Part shown: piece after piece, positions 32,890-42,369 of the stretch
Layout of the letters: every line of letters starts with the position of its first letter
Numbering within the stretch: the first letter of the stretch is position 1
DNA from: an uncultured Pelagibacteraceae bacterium
GTDB taxonomy: Bacteria > Pseudomonadota > Alphaproteobacteria > Pelagibacterales > Pelagibacteraceae
Length of the DNA stretch: 64,000 bases
NCBI GenBank assembly: GCA_902571135.1
Contig: CACGAU010000006.1
Location: 20,061-84,060, forward strand
Direction of reading: 5' to 3'
Position numbers and translations under genes: made by a program
The notes under the pieces: generated by a model
The model's database searches: none
Told to the model about the DNA's origin: nothing
What the model saw: the letters and a program-made list of their open reading frames with translations, nothing else

Positions 32890-33453
32890 TTATAAAAGGG
32901 CCCCTTTCGAGGGGCCTTTTTTTTGCTCAAAATAAGATATTCCAGCAAAATCTACTTGATCAAAAAGGCGAAGTTTATTTACATTTTTATTTGAAATTCC
33001 ACCTAACATAACAATATTTTTATTAGTAAGTTTCGAAAGTATTTTAAATCTATTGATACCTAAAAAATTTTTTTTCTTTTTAAAAAGTGAGGATATGAAT
33101 ATTTTTTCAACCTTTTGATTTTCTTTAATTCTGATTTCTTTAATATTATGTGCAGATCCAACAACTCTAAAATTTTTTTTAAAAGAATAGGCTAAATGGG
33201 TTAAATTATTATTAAAGGCCGGAATATAAGCGCCGTCTAAATCCAATTTTAATGCTAATTTTATATTGTTTGATAAATAAAATTTTATTGATTTTTTATG
33301 ACAATATTTTTTTATTTTTATAATTAGACTTTCGTCTAGTCTCTTTAAAGAATAGTTTCTGTAGATTATGATAGTTTGCTTATCTTGCTTATTGATTATG
33401 TTTGTATCAAATTTATTAATAAAGTAATATTTGTTCATAATACTAATATGCAT
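32890..33453 (-). CDS. Thiamine-phosphate synthase-like (ThiE/TenI family) protein
   Basis: GSAHN..EI, S.LF, LG..RF, LGGI; start at 33453 or 33438. Confidence 0.75.
   Translation of the reverse strand: MHISIMNKYYFINKFDTNIINKQDKQTIIIYRNYSLKRLDESLIIKIKKYCHKKSIKFYLSNNIKLALKLDLDGAYIPAFNNNLTHLAYSFKKNFRVVGSAHNIKEIRIKENQKVEKIFISSLFKKKKNFLGINRFKILSKLTNKNIVMLGGISNKNVNKLRLFDQVDFAGISYFEQKKGPSKGALL
32894..32924. terminator. Intrinsic (likely bidirectional) terminator after porin
   Basis: Stem GGCCCCT-TTCG-AGGGGCC followed by T8 and preceded by AAAA. Confidence 0.92.
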
Positions 33454-34107
33454 AATACTGTTAAAAATTTATTGGAAATTGAGAATAATATCAAAACTTA
33501 TCTAAATAAATTAAATATTGAAAATATTCCTAATATAGTAGCTATTTCAAAGACTTTTAAAATTGACAAAATTTTACCTCTTATTCACCACGGTCATTTA
33601 GATTTTGGTGAAAATAAAGTACAGGAAGCGATAGAAAAATGGACAGAAGTCAAAAAAATAAATCCAGGAATAAAACTACACATGGTAGGAAAATTACAGA
33701 CCAATAAAGTCAAATTTGCTATACAAATTTTTGATTATATTCATTCTGTAGACAGTGAAAAACTTGCAAAAAAAATTGCTGATGAACAAGATAAAATTAA
33801 TAAAAAAATTAAAATTTTCTTGCAAGTAAATATTGGAGATGAAAACCAAAAATCAGGTATTAACAAAAATGAATTGAACCAACTAGTTTCTTTTAGTAAA
33901 GAAATTGGTTTAAATGTAATTGGCTTGATGTGCATACCACCAATAAATGTCGATCCTGAAGGTTATTTTGTGGAAATGAAAAAACTGAACAGAGAATATG
34001 GTTTTTCTGAATTAAGTATGGGTATGTCTTCCGATTATTTAAAAGCTGCTAAAAATTTAGCAACATATGTTAGGGTCGGATCAAGTATTTTTGGTAAAAG
34101 ATCTTAA
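33448..34107 (+). CDS. yggS: Pyridoxal-phosphate homeostasis protein YggS
   Basis: VAISK, FGENKVQE, G.LQTNK, QKSG, GLMCIPP, LSMGMS.D, VRVGS.IFG; start moved to MHNTVK. Confidence 0.95.
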   Translation: MHNTVKNLLEIENNIKTYLNKLNIENIPNIVAISKTFKIDKILPLIHHGHLDFGENKVQEAIEKWTEVKKINPGIKLHMVGKLQTNKVKFAIQIFDYIHSVDSEKLAKKIADEQDKINKKIKIFLQVNIGDENQKSGINKNELNQLVSFSKEIGLNVIGLMCIPPINVDPEGYFVEMKKLNREYGFSELSMGMSSDYLKAAKNLATYVRVGSSIFGKRS

Positions 34108-34598
34108 ATAATTTCAATTTCAGAATTTTTTTTTATCAATTTTAACATAATTATAAAATCTTTCTCTTTCAAAGCGACACATCCAGCTGTGGGTTTGTAA
34201 TTTTTTGAAAGATGAATAAAAATACAACTACCTAGACCAGTAATAGGCTTTTTAAAATTATACTTAATTGGAATCAATAAATCATATTTATGATCTTTTC
34301 TTTTTAATTTTTCGTGACTGATTTTTTTTTCAATCTTAATAAGTTTGTTATATTTTTTTGGGAAACGGATATCATCACACCAACCCATATTTTTTTTTAT
34401 TTCTATACATTTGAGCAATGTTTGTGGTTTCTTTATACGATCTTTCCTAAAATATAGATTTTCAATTCTAAACTTACCTTTTGGAGTTTTTTTATCTCCT
34501 TCTTTTTTGTTTTTAGTTGAACCTTTTTCACCAATACAACATCTTAACTTAAATTCATCTATTTGAAGAGTGTGTTTATTTTTTATATAAATTGTCAT
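34104..34598 (-). CDS. L,D-transpeptidase (YkuD-family) protein
   Basis: K.EGD.KTP.G, GWCDD, GSCIFIH...PTAGCVAL catalytic His/Cys. Confidence 0.88.
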   Translation of the reverse strand: MTIYIKNKHTLQIDEFKLRCCIGEKGSTKNKKEGDKKTPKGKFRIENLYFRKDRIKKPQTLLKCIEIKKNMGWCDDIRFPKKYNKLIKIEKKISHEKLKRKDHKYDLLIPIKYNFKKPITGLGSCIFIHLSKNYKPTAGCVALKEKDFIIMLKLIKKNSEIEII

Positions 34599-34609
34599 AT
34601 TCTCTTTTT

Positions 34610-35173
34610 ATGAGACCTCAAAATTTAATAATATATAAGTTTACTTCATTGTATCACATTCTTGTTGAACTTGGTTTAGATTTAAATTTAAAAATTTTTC
34701 ATGCAGATAGTGAAAATTCTTTGAACGAAAAAGTAAAGAATTTGAATAATTATCTCATTTTATCAGATAAAAAATATTTAAAAAATGGTAATCAATTTGT
34801 TTTGGACAATATACCAATTAATATTTTTAAGTTAGTTGAAAAAATAAATATAGAATTTTTAAAAATTCAATTTAATAGTCAGTCTGAAGTTAAAGTTAAC
34901 AAGTATATTATTGACTTAAATTCTAGAGAAATGTCGTTAAATGACATCAAGCTTAAGTTGACTGAAAAAGAAATAAATACAATTAATTATTTATCAATAT
35001 CAAACAAACCAGTTAGTATTGATGAATTACAAGACAAAGTTTGGAGTTACCAACCTGATATTGAAACACATACTGTTGAGACTCATGTCTATCGTTTAAG
35101 AAAAAAAATTTTAAAAACTTTTAATGATAATGAATTTATAATTAGTAAAAAAAATGGTTATCAAATCAAATAA
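34610..35173 (+). CDS. OmpR-type winged-helix regulator with degenerate receiver (CenR-like)
   Basis: LTEKE, VWSY...ETHTVETHVYRLRKK, GY; shortened atypical receiver; position beside ldt/yggS. Confidence 0.8.
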   Translation: MRPQNLIIYKFTSLYHILVELGLDLNLKIFHADSENSLNEKVKNLNNYLILSDKKYLKNGNQFVLDNIPINIFKLVEKINIEFLKIQFNSQSEVKVNKYIIDLNSREMSLNDIKLKLTEKEINTINYLSISNKPVSIDELQDKVWSYQPDIETHTVETHVYRLRKKILKTFNDNEFIISKKNGYQIK

Positions 35174-35273
35174 GAAAAACCCAATTATTAAAGACTTATT
35201 TACAAAAAAGTACAAACCAAAAATTATTAAACCCAAAAAAGGCAAAGGTAGCTTTAAAAGAAAGAAAAGTTAA
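35154..35273 (+). CDS. arfA: ArfA-like alternative ribosome-rescue factor (39 aa, absent from ORF track)
   Basis: MVIKSNKKNPIIKDLFTKKYKPKIIKPKKGKGSFKRKKS*; carries the ArfA signature KKGKGS(Y/F)xRK and upstream N-x-I..L pattern; fills the gap to pfkB exactly. Confidence 0.75.
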   Translation: MVIKSNKKNPIIKDLFTKKYKPKIIKPKKGKGSFKRKKS

Positions 35274-35275
35274 TT

Positions 35276-36205
35276 TTAAAGTCTTGCTCCAATTTGCTGG
35301 ATTACTCTTGATGACATTTCGGTACCTTTTTCTAGGCTCTCTTTGATAGATAATTTATTTACGTATCCGTGTAAAAATCCTGCAGCAAAAAGATCACCAG
35401 CACCTGTAAGATCTACAATTTTAAGATTACTTTTTATACCACATTCAATAATTTCATTACCATTTATTGCAATTGCACCTTTTTCGCCTCTTGTTATAAC
35501 AATCAACTTATTAAGTTGTTTGGAAAAATTTAGAACCTCGTTAAAATTTTTGGCTTCAATTAATGAAGTAATTTCTTGTTCATTAGCAAAGGTTATATCT
35601 AGTTTGTTTTTAACTAAGTTCAAAAAATGAGGTTTATGTCTGTCTACACAAAACTGATCAGAAAGTGACATCGCTACTTTGCTTGCATTATTTATTGCTT
35701 TGTCAAATGCTTTCTTAGGTTCTCCTTCGTCCCACAGGTAACCTTCTAAAAATACTATTTCACATTTTTTAATTACATCAGTATTAACATCATTTTCATT
35801 AATTTTTCCTGCTGTTCCTAAAAATGTGCACATTGTCCTTTCAGAGTCTGGGGTTACCAATATTAAGCACGTACCTGTTGGTAATTCTTCTTTTTTTTTA
35901 GAGTAAAAATACTCCACTTTTTCTTTTTTTAAGCCTTGTTCGTATTTGTCACCAAAATTATCATTAGATACTTTTCCAATAAAACCCACTTTATTACCAA
36001 GTTGAGATAAGCCAACTATAGAGTTTGCCACAGAACCTCCTGAAATAGTCTTTTCAATTTTAAGATTTTTTAATAAATTTTTGAATTCATTTTCTTCAAA
36101 AAATAATTTCATGGTGCTTTTTGTGAGATTATTTTGTTTTATAAAACTATCATTAACCTTACAGATAACGTCGACTATTGCATTTCCTATTCCTAAAATT
36201 TTCAT
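35276..36205 (-). CDS. PfkB-family sugar/adenosine kinase
   Basis: GIGNAIVD, GGSVAN, ERTM.TFLG, DLTGAGDLFAAGF. Confidence 0.93.
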   Translation of the reverse strand: MKILGIGNAIVDVICKVNDSFIKQNNLTKSTMKLFFEENEFKNLLKNLKIEKTISGGSVANSIVGLSQLGNKVGFIGKVSNDNFGDKYEQGLKKEKVEYFYSKKKEELPTGTCLILVTPDSERTMCTFLGTAGKINENDVNTDVIKKCEIVFLEGYLWDEGEPKKAFDKAINNASKVAMSLSDQFCVDRHKPHFLNLVKNKLDITFANEQEITSLIEAKNFNEVLNFSKQLNKLIVITRGEKGAIAINGNEIIECGIKSNLKIVDLTGAGDLFAAGFLHGYVNKLSIKESLEKGTEMSSRVIQQIGARL

Positions 36206-36206
36206 A

Positions 36207-36860
36207 TTAAGCTTTTTTGGTAATAACAGGTTTTTTTCTATTTGGGTAGCAAGTAGTACATATTTTGCAGGTTAATCCATAACAGTCTCTCGCTTTACAA
36301 TATTCTCTACCATAAAAAATTATTTGTAAATGTAGTTTAGACCAGTTTTTTTTTGGGAATATTCTCTTTAGATCTTTTTCAGTTTGAACTACGTTTTTCC
36401 CATTTGTTAAACCCCATCTCTGAGCAAGTCTATGAATATGAGTATCAACTGCAAAAGCTGGATATCCAAAACCCTGGGACATGACTACACTAGCTGTTTT
36501 ATGTCCTACTCCGGGCAATTTCTCAAGTTCTTCAAAAGTTTTTGGTACTTTCCCTCGATGTTTTTCTAAAACTTGTTTAGACATTAAATAGATACTTTTC
36601 GCTTTGACTCTAAAAATACCTATCTTTTTTATTAATTTTTCAATTTTTTTTCTTCCCAATTTAACAAAGTGTTCAGGTTTGAAGTACTTTGGATATATAT
36701 CTTTTGTTACTTTGTTAACATTTATATCTGTGCATTGAGCAGAAAGAAGTACAGAAATTAATAGAGTAAATGTATTTTTACTTTTTAAAGGGACTGGTGC
36801 CTTAGGATAAATTTTATTTAAAGTTTTAATTATAATTTTTGCTTTTTGTTTTTCATTCAT
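36207..36860 (-). CDS. nth: Endonuclease III
   Basis: LSAQCTD, LPGVGHKTA HhH, VDTHI, C-terminal Cys cluster. Confidence 0.96.
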   Translation of the reverse strand: MNEKQKAKIIIKTLNKIYPKAPVPLKSKNTFTLLISVLLSAQCTDINVNKVTKDIYPKYFKPEHFVKLGRKKIEKLIKKIGIFRVKAKSIYLMSKQVLEKHRGKVPKTFEELEKLPGVGHKTASVVMSQGFGYPAFAVDTHIHRLAQRWGLTNGKNVVQTEKDLKRIFPKKNWSKLHLQIIFYGREYCKARDCYGLTCKICTTCYPNRKKPVITKKA

Positions 36861-37636
36861 TACGAAAAGTTAAGCAAATCTCTCATAGAATATAAACCTC
36901 TTTTTTTTTTCATTAACCATTTGGAAGCAGTTAGAGCCCCATCCGAGTAAAGCGCTCTATCAAAAGCCTCATGATTTAGTGTAATTATTTCTTTTCCACT
37001 TGAGAATTTTACTTCATGTTCTCCAATAATTTCACCTTTTCTTATAGAATTAAAATTAATTTTTTTTCCGTAAGGAAAAGATTTTTTATTTAAATATTTT
37101 TTACCAATTAAACTATATAAATTTTTATTTTTTCCATCAGCAATTCCTTTCCCCAGCATTAAAGCCGTGCCTGATGGGTAATCTTTTTTATATTTGTGAT
37201 GTACCTCAAATATTTTACTTAAGTATTCATCATTCAATGATTTTGATGCGATTTCAGTTAAATACATCAATAAATTTACTCCCAAGCTCATGTTTCCAGC
37301 TTTTAAAATAGGTATCTTTCTTGAATATTTCTTAATTTGATTTTCTTGGTTTCTGTTGAAACCTGTGGTTCCAATAACAACCTTTATTTTAAGTTTTGAG
37401 GCAATTTTTAATATTTCCAGGGTGCACTCAGGGACGGTAAAATCAATTATTACATCTGCTCTTTTAAATGCTTTATCAGAATTAAGCTCTGGTTTAATTC
37501 CATTAAATTTTTTATTTATTGTTCTGTTTTCAGTAAGCGCAACTAATTTAAAATTTTTATTTTTACGACAAGATTTAATCAGTTGTTGGCCCATTCTGCC
37601 CATACAACCTGAAATCCCTAAATTAACCTTACGCAT
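36860..37636 (-). CDS. dapB: 4-hydroxy-tetrahydrodipicolinate reductase
   Basis: G..GRMG, IDFT, IGTTG, NMSLGVN, EVHHKYKKDYPSGTA. Confidence 0.96.
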   Translation of the reverse strand: MRKVNLGISGCMGRMGQQLIKSCRKNKNFKLVALTENRTINKKFNGIKPELNSDKAFKRADVIIDFTVPECTLEILKIASKLKIKVVIGTTGFNRNQENQIKKYSRKIPILKAGNMSLGVNLLMYLTEIASKSLNDEYLSKIFEVHHKYKKDYPSGTALMLGKGIADGKNKNLYSLIGKKYLNKKSFPYGKKINFNSIRKGEIIGEHEVKFSSGKEIITLNHEAFDRALYSDGALTASKWLMKKKRGLYSMRDLLNFS

Positions 37637-37684
37637 ATTATTAATTTATCAGTTTAATATATTTTAAATACAAAATTTTTAAAA

Positions 37685-37876
37685 TTAAAAACAATCTTTA
37701 TCAGTAAATGGACATGTAGTTACATGCACAATTCCTTTAACAGTACCTGTGACAACCTTTGTAGTTGTTGAAACTGTTGTATCCACAACAGTAACTGCAG
37801 TTGAACAACTTTGAGTGAGAATTATAATTATAAATAATTTGAAAAAATTTTTTATATAACTTTTAATTTTATTCAT
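37685..37876 (-). CDS. Small Thr/Val-rich lipoprotein of unknown function
   Basis: Basic N-terminus, hydrophobic stretch, lipobox-like TQSC, AAAGGA upstream of the start. Confidence 0.75.
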   Translation of the reverse strand: MNKIKSYIKNFFKLFIIIILTQSCSTAVTVVDTTVSTTTKVVTGTVKGIVHVTTCPFTDKDCF

Positions 37877-37931
37877 TCCTTTTTGTAATTAATTTTAGAT
37901 AATTATCAATTGTATTTTATATTTTTATTCA

Positions 37932-39059
37932 CTAATTTTTCCAGAAATCTTTAGCTTTTTGAAAAAATTTTTTAATACTTGGATTTGACTTGTCATTTTC
38001 TATTTCTCTGAACTGCTCTAATAATTCTCTCTGTTTTTTATTTAGGTACACTGGTACTTCTGTTTTTACTTGCACATATAAATCACCAAAATCACCTCGT
38101 CTCATAAATGGCATACCTTTACCCTTTAATCTAAATTGTTTTCCATTTTGAGTTCCATCAGGAATTTTAATTTTTGCTTTTCCACCATCAATAGTCGGAA
38201 TTTCAATAGTTGTTCCCAAAGCAGCGTCTGCAAAAGAAAGTGGAAATTCAAAAAACAAATTTTCATCTGATCTTTTAAATAAGTTGTGAGAGTTAATATT
38301 AATAAATAAATAAAGATCACCAGTTGCTCCACCTCTAGTTCCGGCTTCACCTTTTCCCGCAAGCCTTATTCTTGTTCCATCGTCTACACCTTTTGGAATT
38401 GTTACAGATATTCTTTTAGATGCTTGTTTTTTACCTTGACCATTACAATCATTGCAAGGATTTGTGATTTCTTCACCATTTCCATTACACTGAGGGCAGG
38501 TTTGTTGAACAGTAAAAAAACCTTGATTAGATCTTATTCGCCCATTACCCCCACAATATGAACATCTGTCTGGAGAATAACCTGGTTTTGATCCATTACC
38601 TTTGCAAGTCCCACACTGTTCAGATGTAGAAAATTTAATGTCTTGTTTTTTTCCATGGTAAGCTTCTTCTAAAGAAATAGATAAATCGTATCTTAAGTCA
38701 GAACCTCTATTATTTGATTTTCTACCCCTTGATCTTCTACCTCCACCAAAATCTCCAAAAAAATCTTCAAAAATATCTGAAAAATCTGCCCCACTAAAAC
38801 CACCAAAACCTCCACCTGGTCTTCCTCCACCATTTTCAAACGCTGCATGACCAAAGTTATCATAATTTTGTTTTTTTTCTTTGTCTGAAAGTATTCCGTA
38901 AGCCTCACTGGCTTCTTTAAACTTTTCCTCAGCTTTAGCATCTCCAGGGTTTTTATCAGGATGATATTTAACAGCTAGTTTTCTATATGCGGATTTTAAT
39001 TCTTCAGGACTTGCGCTTTTGTTAACGCCTAGGACATCGTAATAGTCTCTTTTAGCCAT
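37932..39059 (-). CDS. dnaJ: Chaperone DnaJ
   Basis: J-domain HPD, G/F region, four CxxCxGxG repeats. Confidence 0.98.
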   Translation of the reverse strand: MAKRDYYDVLGVNKSASPEELKSAYRKLAVKYHPDKNPGDAKAEEKFKEASEAYGILSDKEKKQNYDNFGHAAFENGGGRPGGGFGGFSGADFSDIFEDFFGDFGGGRRSRGRKSNNRGSDLRYDLSISLEEAYHGKKQDIKFSTSEQCGTCKGNGSKPGYSPDRCSYCGGNGRIRSNQGFFTVQQTCPQCNGNGEEITNPCNDCNGQGKKQASKRISVTIPKGVDDGTRIRLAGKGEAGTRGGATGDLYLFININSHNLFKRSDENLFFEFPLSFADAALGTTIEIPTIDGGKAKIKIPDGTQNGKQFRLKGKGMPFMRRGDFGDLYVQVKTEVPVYLNKKQRELLEQFREIENDKSNPSIKKFFQKAKDFWKN

Positions 39060-39088
39060 CAAATTACCCCAGACAATTAAATGTCAGT

Positions 39089-41014
39089 TTAAGCGCTTTT
39101 TTCTTTATTTTCGTCTTTTACTTCTTCGAAATCAGCATCAACAACATTCTCGTCTTTTTTACCCGTATCATCTCCGCCATCATCTTTTCCAGACTCTGGT
39201 TTTGAACTTTGTTGTGATTTATAGATCGCTTCTCCAAGTTTCATTGAAGCCTGAACTAAAGCTTCAGTTTTTTTCTTAATATCCTCAATATCTTCACTTT
39301 TTAGAGCTTCTTTTACAGCAGATGAAGCATCTTCAATTGCTTTTTTCTCTGCATCAGAAATTTTTGATCCATGCTCTTTTAAATTTTTTTCAGTAGAGTG
39401 AATTAAAGTGTCTGCTTGGTTCCTAACTTCAACCGACTCTCTTTTCTTTTTATCTGCTTCTTTATTAGCTTCTGCATCTTTAACCATTTTTTCAATTTCT
39501 TCATCACTTAGTCCACCTGAAGCTTGGATTTGAATCTTTTGTTCTTTGCCAGTTCCTTTGTCTTTTGCAGAAACATTTACAATACCATTTGCATCAATAT
39601 CAAATGTAACTTCAATTTGTGGAACTCCTCTTGGAGCAGGTGCGATACCGACTAATTCAAAATTACCCAAAGCTTTATTATCAGCTGCCATCTCTCTTTC
39701 ACCCTGAAGTACTCTAATAGATACAGCTGGTTGATTATCTTCTGCAGTTGAAAATACCTGACTTTTTTTAGTTGGTATTGTTGTGTTTTTATCAATAAGT
39801 TTTGTAGAAACTCCCCCAAGCGTTTCAATACCTAGCGATAATGGTGTGACATCTAATAGAAGTACATCTTTAACATCACCTTGTAATACACCAGCCTGAA
39901 TCGCTGCTCCCATAGCAACTACTTCATCAGGGTTAACACTTTTATTTGGATCTTTTCCAAAAAAGTTTTTAACTTCTTCTAAAACTTTTGGCATTCTTGT
40001 CATACCACCAACCATAACTACTTCATCAATCTCACTTGCTGTAATTCCAGCATCTTTTAAAGCTGTTTTGCATGGAGGCATTGTTCTGGCAATTAAGTCT
40101 TCAACTAAAGCTTCAAGTTTTGCTCTAGTCATTTTTAAATTAATATGTTTTGGACCCGTTTTATCTGCTGTAATGAAAGGTAAATTTATATCTGTTTGTT
40201 CAGCAGAAGATAATTCTATTTTTGCTTTTTCTGCTGCCTCTTTTAATCTCTGTAAAGCAAGTTTATCCGACTTAAGATCGATACCGTTATCTTTTTTAAA
40301 TTCAGAAATTAAATAGTCAACAACAGCATTATCAAAGTCTTCACCACCCAAAAAAGTATCACCATTAGTTGATTTAACTTCAAAAACGCCGTCACCCAAT
40401 TCCAAGATAGAAACATCAAAGGTCCCTCCACCTAAATCATATACAGCAATTTTTTTATTTTGTTTTTTATCTAAACCATAAGCCAGAGATGCAGCTGTTG
40501 GTTCATTGATAATTCTTAAAACTTCTAATCCAGCAATTTTTCCTGCATCTTTTGTTGCTTGTCTTTGTGCATCGTTAAAGTAAGCTGGCACTGTAATAAC
40601 AGCTTTAGTTACAGCTTGACCTAAATATTTTTCTGCTGTTTCTTTCATTTTTTGTAAAATGAAAGCGGATATTTGAGAAGGTGAATATTTTTCACCTTTT
40701 GCTTCTATCCAAGCATCACCTTTTTCAGAATTTACTATTTTAAAAGGTGCAGCTTCCACATCTTTTTTTACAGTTGGGTCATCAAAATTTCTTCCAATTA
40801 ATCTTTTAACAGCAAAGATTGTGTTTTCTGGATTTGTAACAGCTTGTCTTTTTGCTGGTTGTCCAATTAATTTTTCGTTTTCATCTGTAAATGCTACAAC
40901 TGATGGAGTAGTTCTTGCTCCTTCAGCATTTTCTAAAACTTTAGCTTGTGTTCCTTCCATAATAGCAACACACGAGTTTGTAGTTCCTAAGTCTATTCCA
41001 ATAATTTTACTCAT
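39089..41014 (-). CDS. dnaK: Chaperone DnaK
   Basis: [26 protein letters not shown] tail. Confidence 0.99.
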   Translation of the reverse strand: MSKIIGIDLGTTNSCVAIMEGTQAKVLENAEGARTTPSVVAFTDENEKLIGQPAKRQAVTNPENTIFAVKRLIGRNFDDPTVKKDVEAAPFKIVNSEKGDAWIEAKGEKYSPSQISAFILQKMKETAEKYLGQAVTKAVITVPAYFNDAQRQATKDAGKIAGLEVLRIINEPTAASLAYGLDKKQNKKIAVYDLGGGTFDVSILELGDGVFEVKSTNGDTFLGGEDFDNAVVDYLISEFKKDNGIDLKSDKLALQRLKEAAEKAKIELSSAEQTDINLPFITADKTGPKHINLKMTRAKLEALVEDLIARTMPPCKTALKDAGITASEIDEVVMVGGMTRMPKVLEEVKNFFGKDPNKSVNPDEVVAMGAAIQAGVLQGDVKDVLLLDVTPLSLGIETLGGVSTKLIDKNTTIPTKKSQVFSTAEDNQPAVSIRVLQGEREMAADNKALGNFELVGIAPAPRGVPQIEVTFDIDANGIVNVSAKDKGTGKEQKIQIQASGGLSDEEIEKMVKDAEANKEADKKKRESVEVRNQADTLIHSTEKNLKEHGSKISDAEKKAIEDASSAVKEALKSEDIEDIKKKTEALVQASMKLGEAIYKSQQSSKPESGKDDGGDDTGKKDENVVDADFEEVKDENKEKSA

Positions 41015-41036
41015 AATTTAATGTCTCTCCTTCGTC

Positions 41037-41064
41037 ATATAGGGTTTAAATCTAAAACTACAAG
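41037..41064 (-). promoter_or_regulatory. RpoH (sigma32) promoter of dnaKJ
   Basis: Minus strand CTTG-N17-CCTATAT, exact alphaproteobacterial RpoH consensus, followed by AAGGAG RBS. Confidence 0.85.
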
Positions 41065-41076
41065 TTGATCTCATAA

Positions 41077-41730
41077 TTATTTATTCTCTGGATTTTCCTG
41101 ATTTTCTCCAGTTTTTTCCTCTTTTGTTGTAACTTTTTTTGACACTCCTACTAATGAGGGTCTTAGCAATCTGTCTTTTATAGTAAAGCCTTTTTGAATT
41201 TCCTGGATTATTGTTCCTGGCTCTTTAGTATCATCTTCTATTTCCATCATCGCTTGATGAAAGTTTGGATCTAGTTTTTTGTTAAGGCTATCAATTTGTT
41301 TAATGCTATTTTTTTCAAATATTGAGATTAGATCTTTTTTAATAATGTCTAAATGTTCTAGGGTTTTTTTTAATGCTTCAGTTTCTTTTAACTTGTCATC
41401 ATTTTCAAGAACATGTTTTGATCGATCTAAGTTATCAATTAAACTTAATGCTTCTTTAGCAAAACTATAACCACCATATTCAAAAGCATCCTCTTTTTCT
41501 TTTTCAAATCTTCTTCTTTGGTTTTCCATTTCAGCAAAAGTTCTTACTACTTTATCTTCTAGTTCAGCAATTATTTCTTCTGGAGATTTTTCTTTAATTT
41601 CTTCTTTGGGTTCTTGTTCAGTCTCTTTCTTATTTTTTTCGGCTAAGGTTTTTTCAGGTTTCTTGGTTTCTTTTGCTATATCCTGATTATCCTCTGGAGA
41701 AGTGATATTTTGGTTTTCCTCTTTTTCCAT
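41077..41730 (-). CDS. grpE: Nucleotide exchange factor GrpE
   Basis: AEMEN.RRR, DP..HQAM, KGF...RLLRP..V.V. Confidence 0.96.
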   Translation of the reverse strand: MEKEENQNITSPEDNQDIAKETKKPEKTLAEKNKKETEQEPKEEIKEKSPEEIIAELEDKVVRTFAEMENQRRRFEKEKEDAFEYGGYSFAKEALSLIDNLDRSKHVLENDDKLKETEALKKTLEHLDIIKKDLISIFEKNSIKQIDSLNKKLDPNFHQAMMEIEDDTKEPGTIIQEIQKGFTIKDRLLRPSLVGVSKKVTTKEEKTGENQENPENK

Positions 41731-41738
41731 AGCCTCTT

Positions 41739-41766
41739 ATATGGTAAGGATTTTGATAATTTCTAG
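41739..41766 (-). promoter_or_regulatory. Putative RpoH-type promoter of grpE
   Basis: Minus strand CTAG-N17-ACCATAT, ending 8 nt before the ATG. Confidence 0.55.
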
Positions 41767-42369
41767 ATGTCTAAACAAAAAATTAATAAATTACTCATTG
41801 GGACAAATAACAGAGGTAAACTAAGAGAAATTAAGAGTTTATTGCCAAAAAGTATTAAAACTTATTCTACATCAACGTTTAATCTTATGAGTCCAGTTGA
41901 ACATGGCAAGACATTTAAAGAAAACTCATTAATTAAATCCAAATATTTTTCAAAAAAAACAGGATTAATGTGCTTGGCTGATGACTCAGGTTTAGAGATA
42001 GACTTTTTAAATAAAAATCCTGGAATTTATTCTGCAAGGTGGGGAGGAAGGCATGGAGATTTTAATAAAGCTATAAGAAGAGTTTATAGAGAGCTAAACA
42101 AAAAGGATAAAAATTGGAAAAATAAAAAAATTAAAGCAAGATTTATTTGTGCACTTTCTATTTCTTATTTAGATAAAAAAATTGCTTGTGTTACAGGAAA
42201 AGTTAAGGGTCATATTTCCGATAAACCAAAAGGAAAAAATGGATTTGGCTATGATCCGATTTTTATTCCATTAAAAAGAAGAAAAACTTTTGGAGAAATC
42301 AAGCCATCTCAAAAATATAAGATGGATCATAGATACCAAGCTTTTAAAAAAATTAAAAAATTTCTATAA
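41767..42369 (+). CDS. rdgB: dITP/XTP pyrophosphatase
   Basis: TNN.GKL.E, ADDSGL, PGIYSAR, GFGYDPIF, HR. Confidence 0.96.
   Translation: MSKQKINKLLIGTNNRGKLREIKSLLPKSIKTYSTSTFNLMSPVEHGKTFKENSLIKSKYFSKKTGLMCLADDSGLEIDFLNKNPGIYSARWGGRHGDFNKAIRRVYRELNKKDKNWKNKKIKARFICALSISYLDKKIACVTGKVKGHISDKPKGKNGFGYDPIFIPLKRRKTFGEIKPSQKYKMDHRYQAFKKIKKFL

Noticed and set aside
37898-37907. GATAATTATC as a Fur box upstream of the small lipoprotein
   Set aside because: Only 10 bp, wrong spacing for a 7-1-7 box and likely by chance in AT-rich DNA
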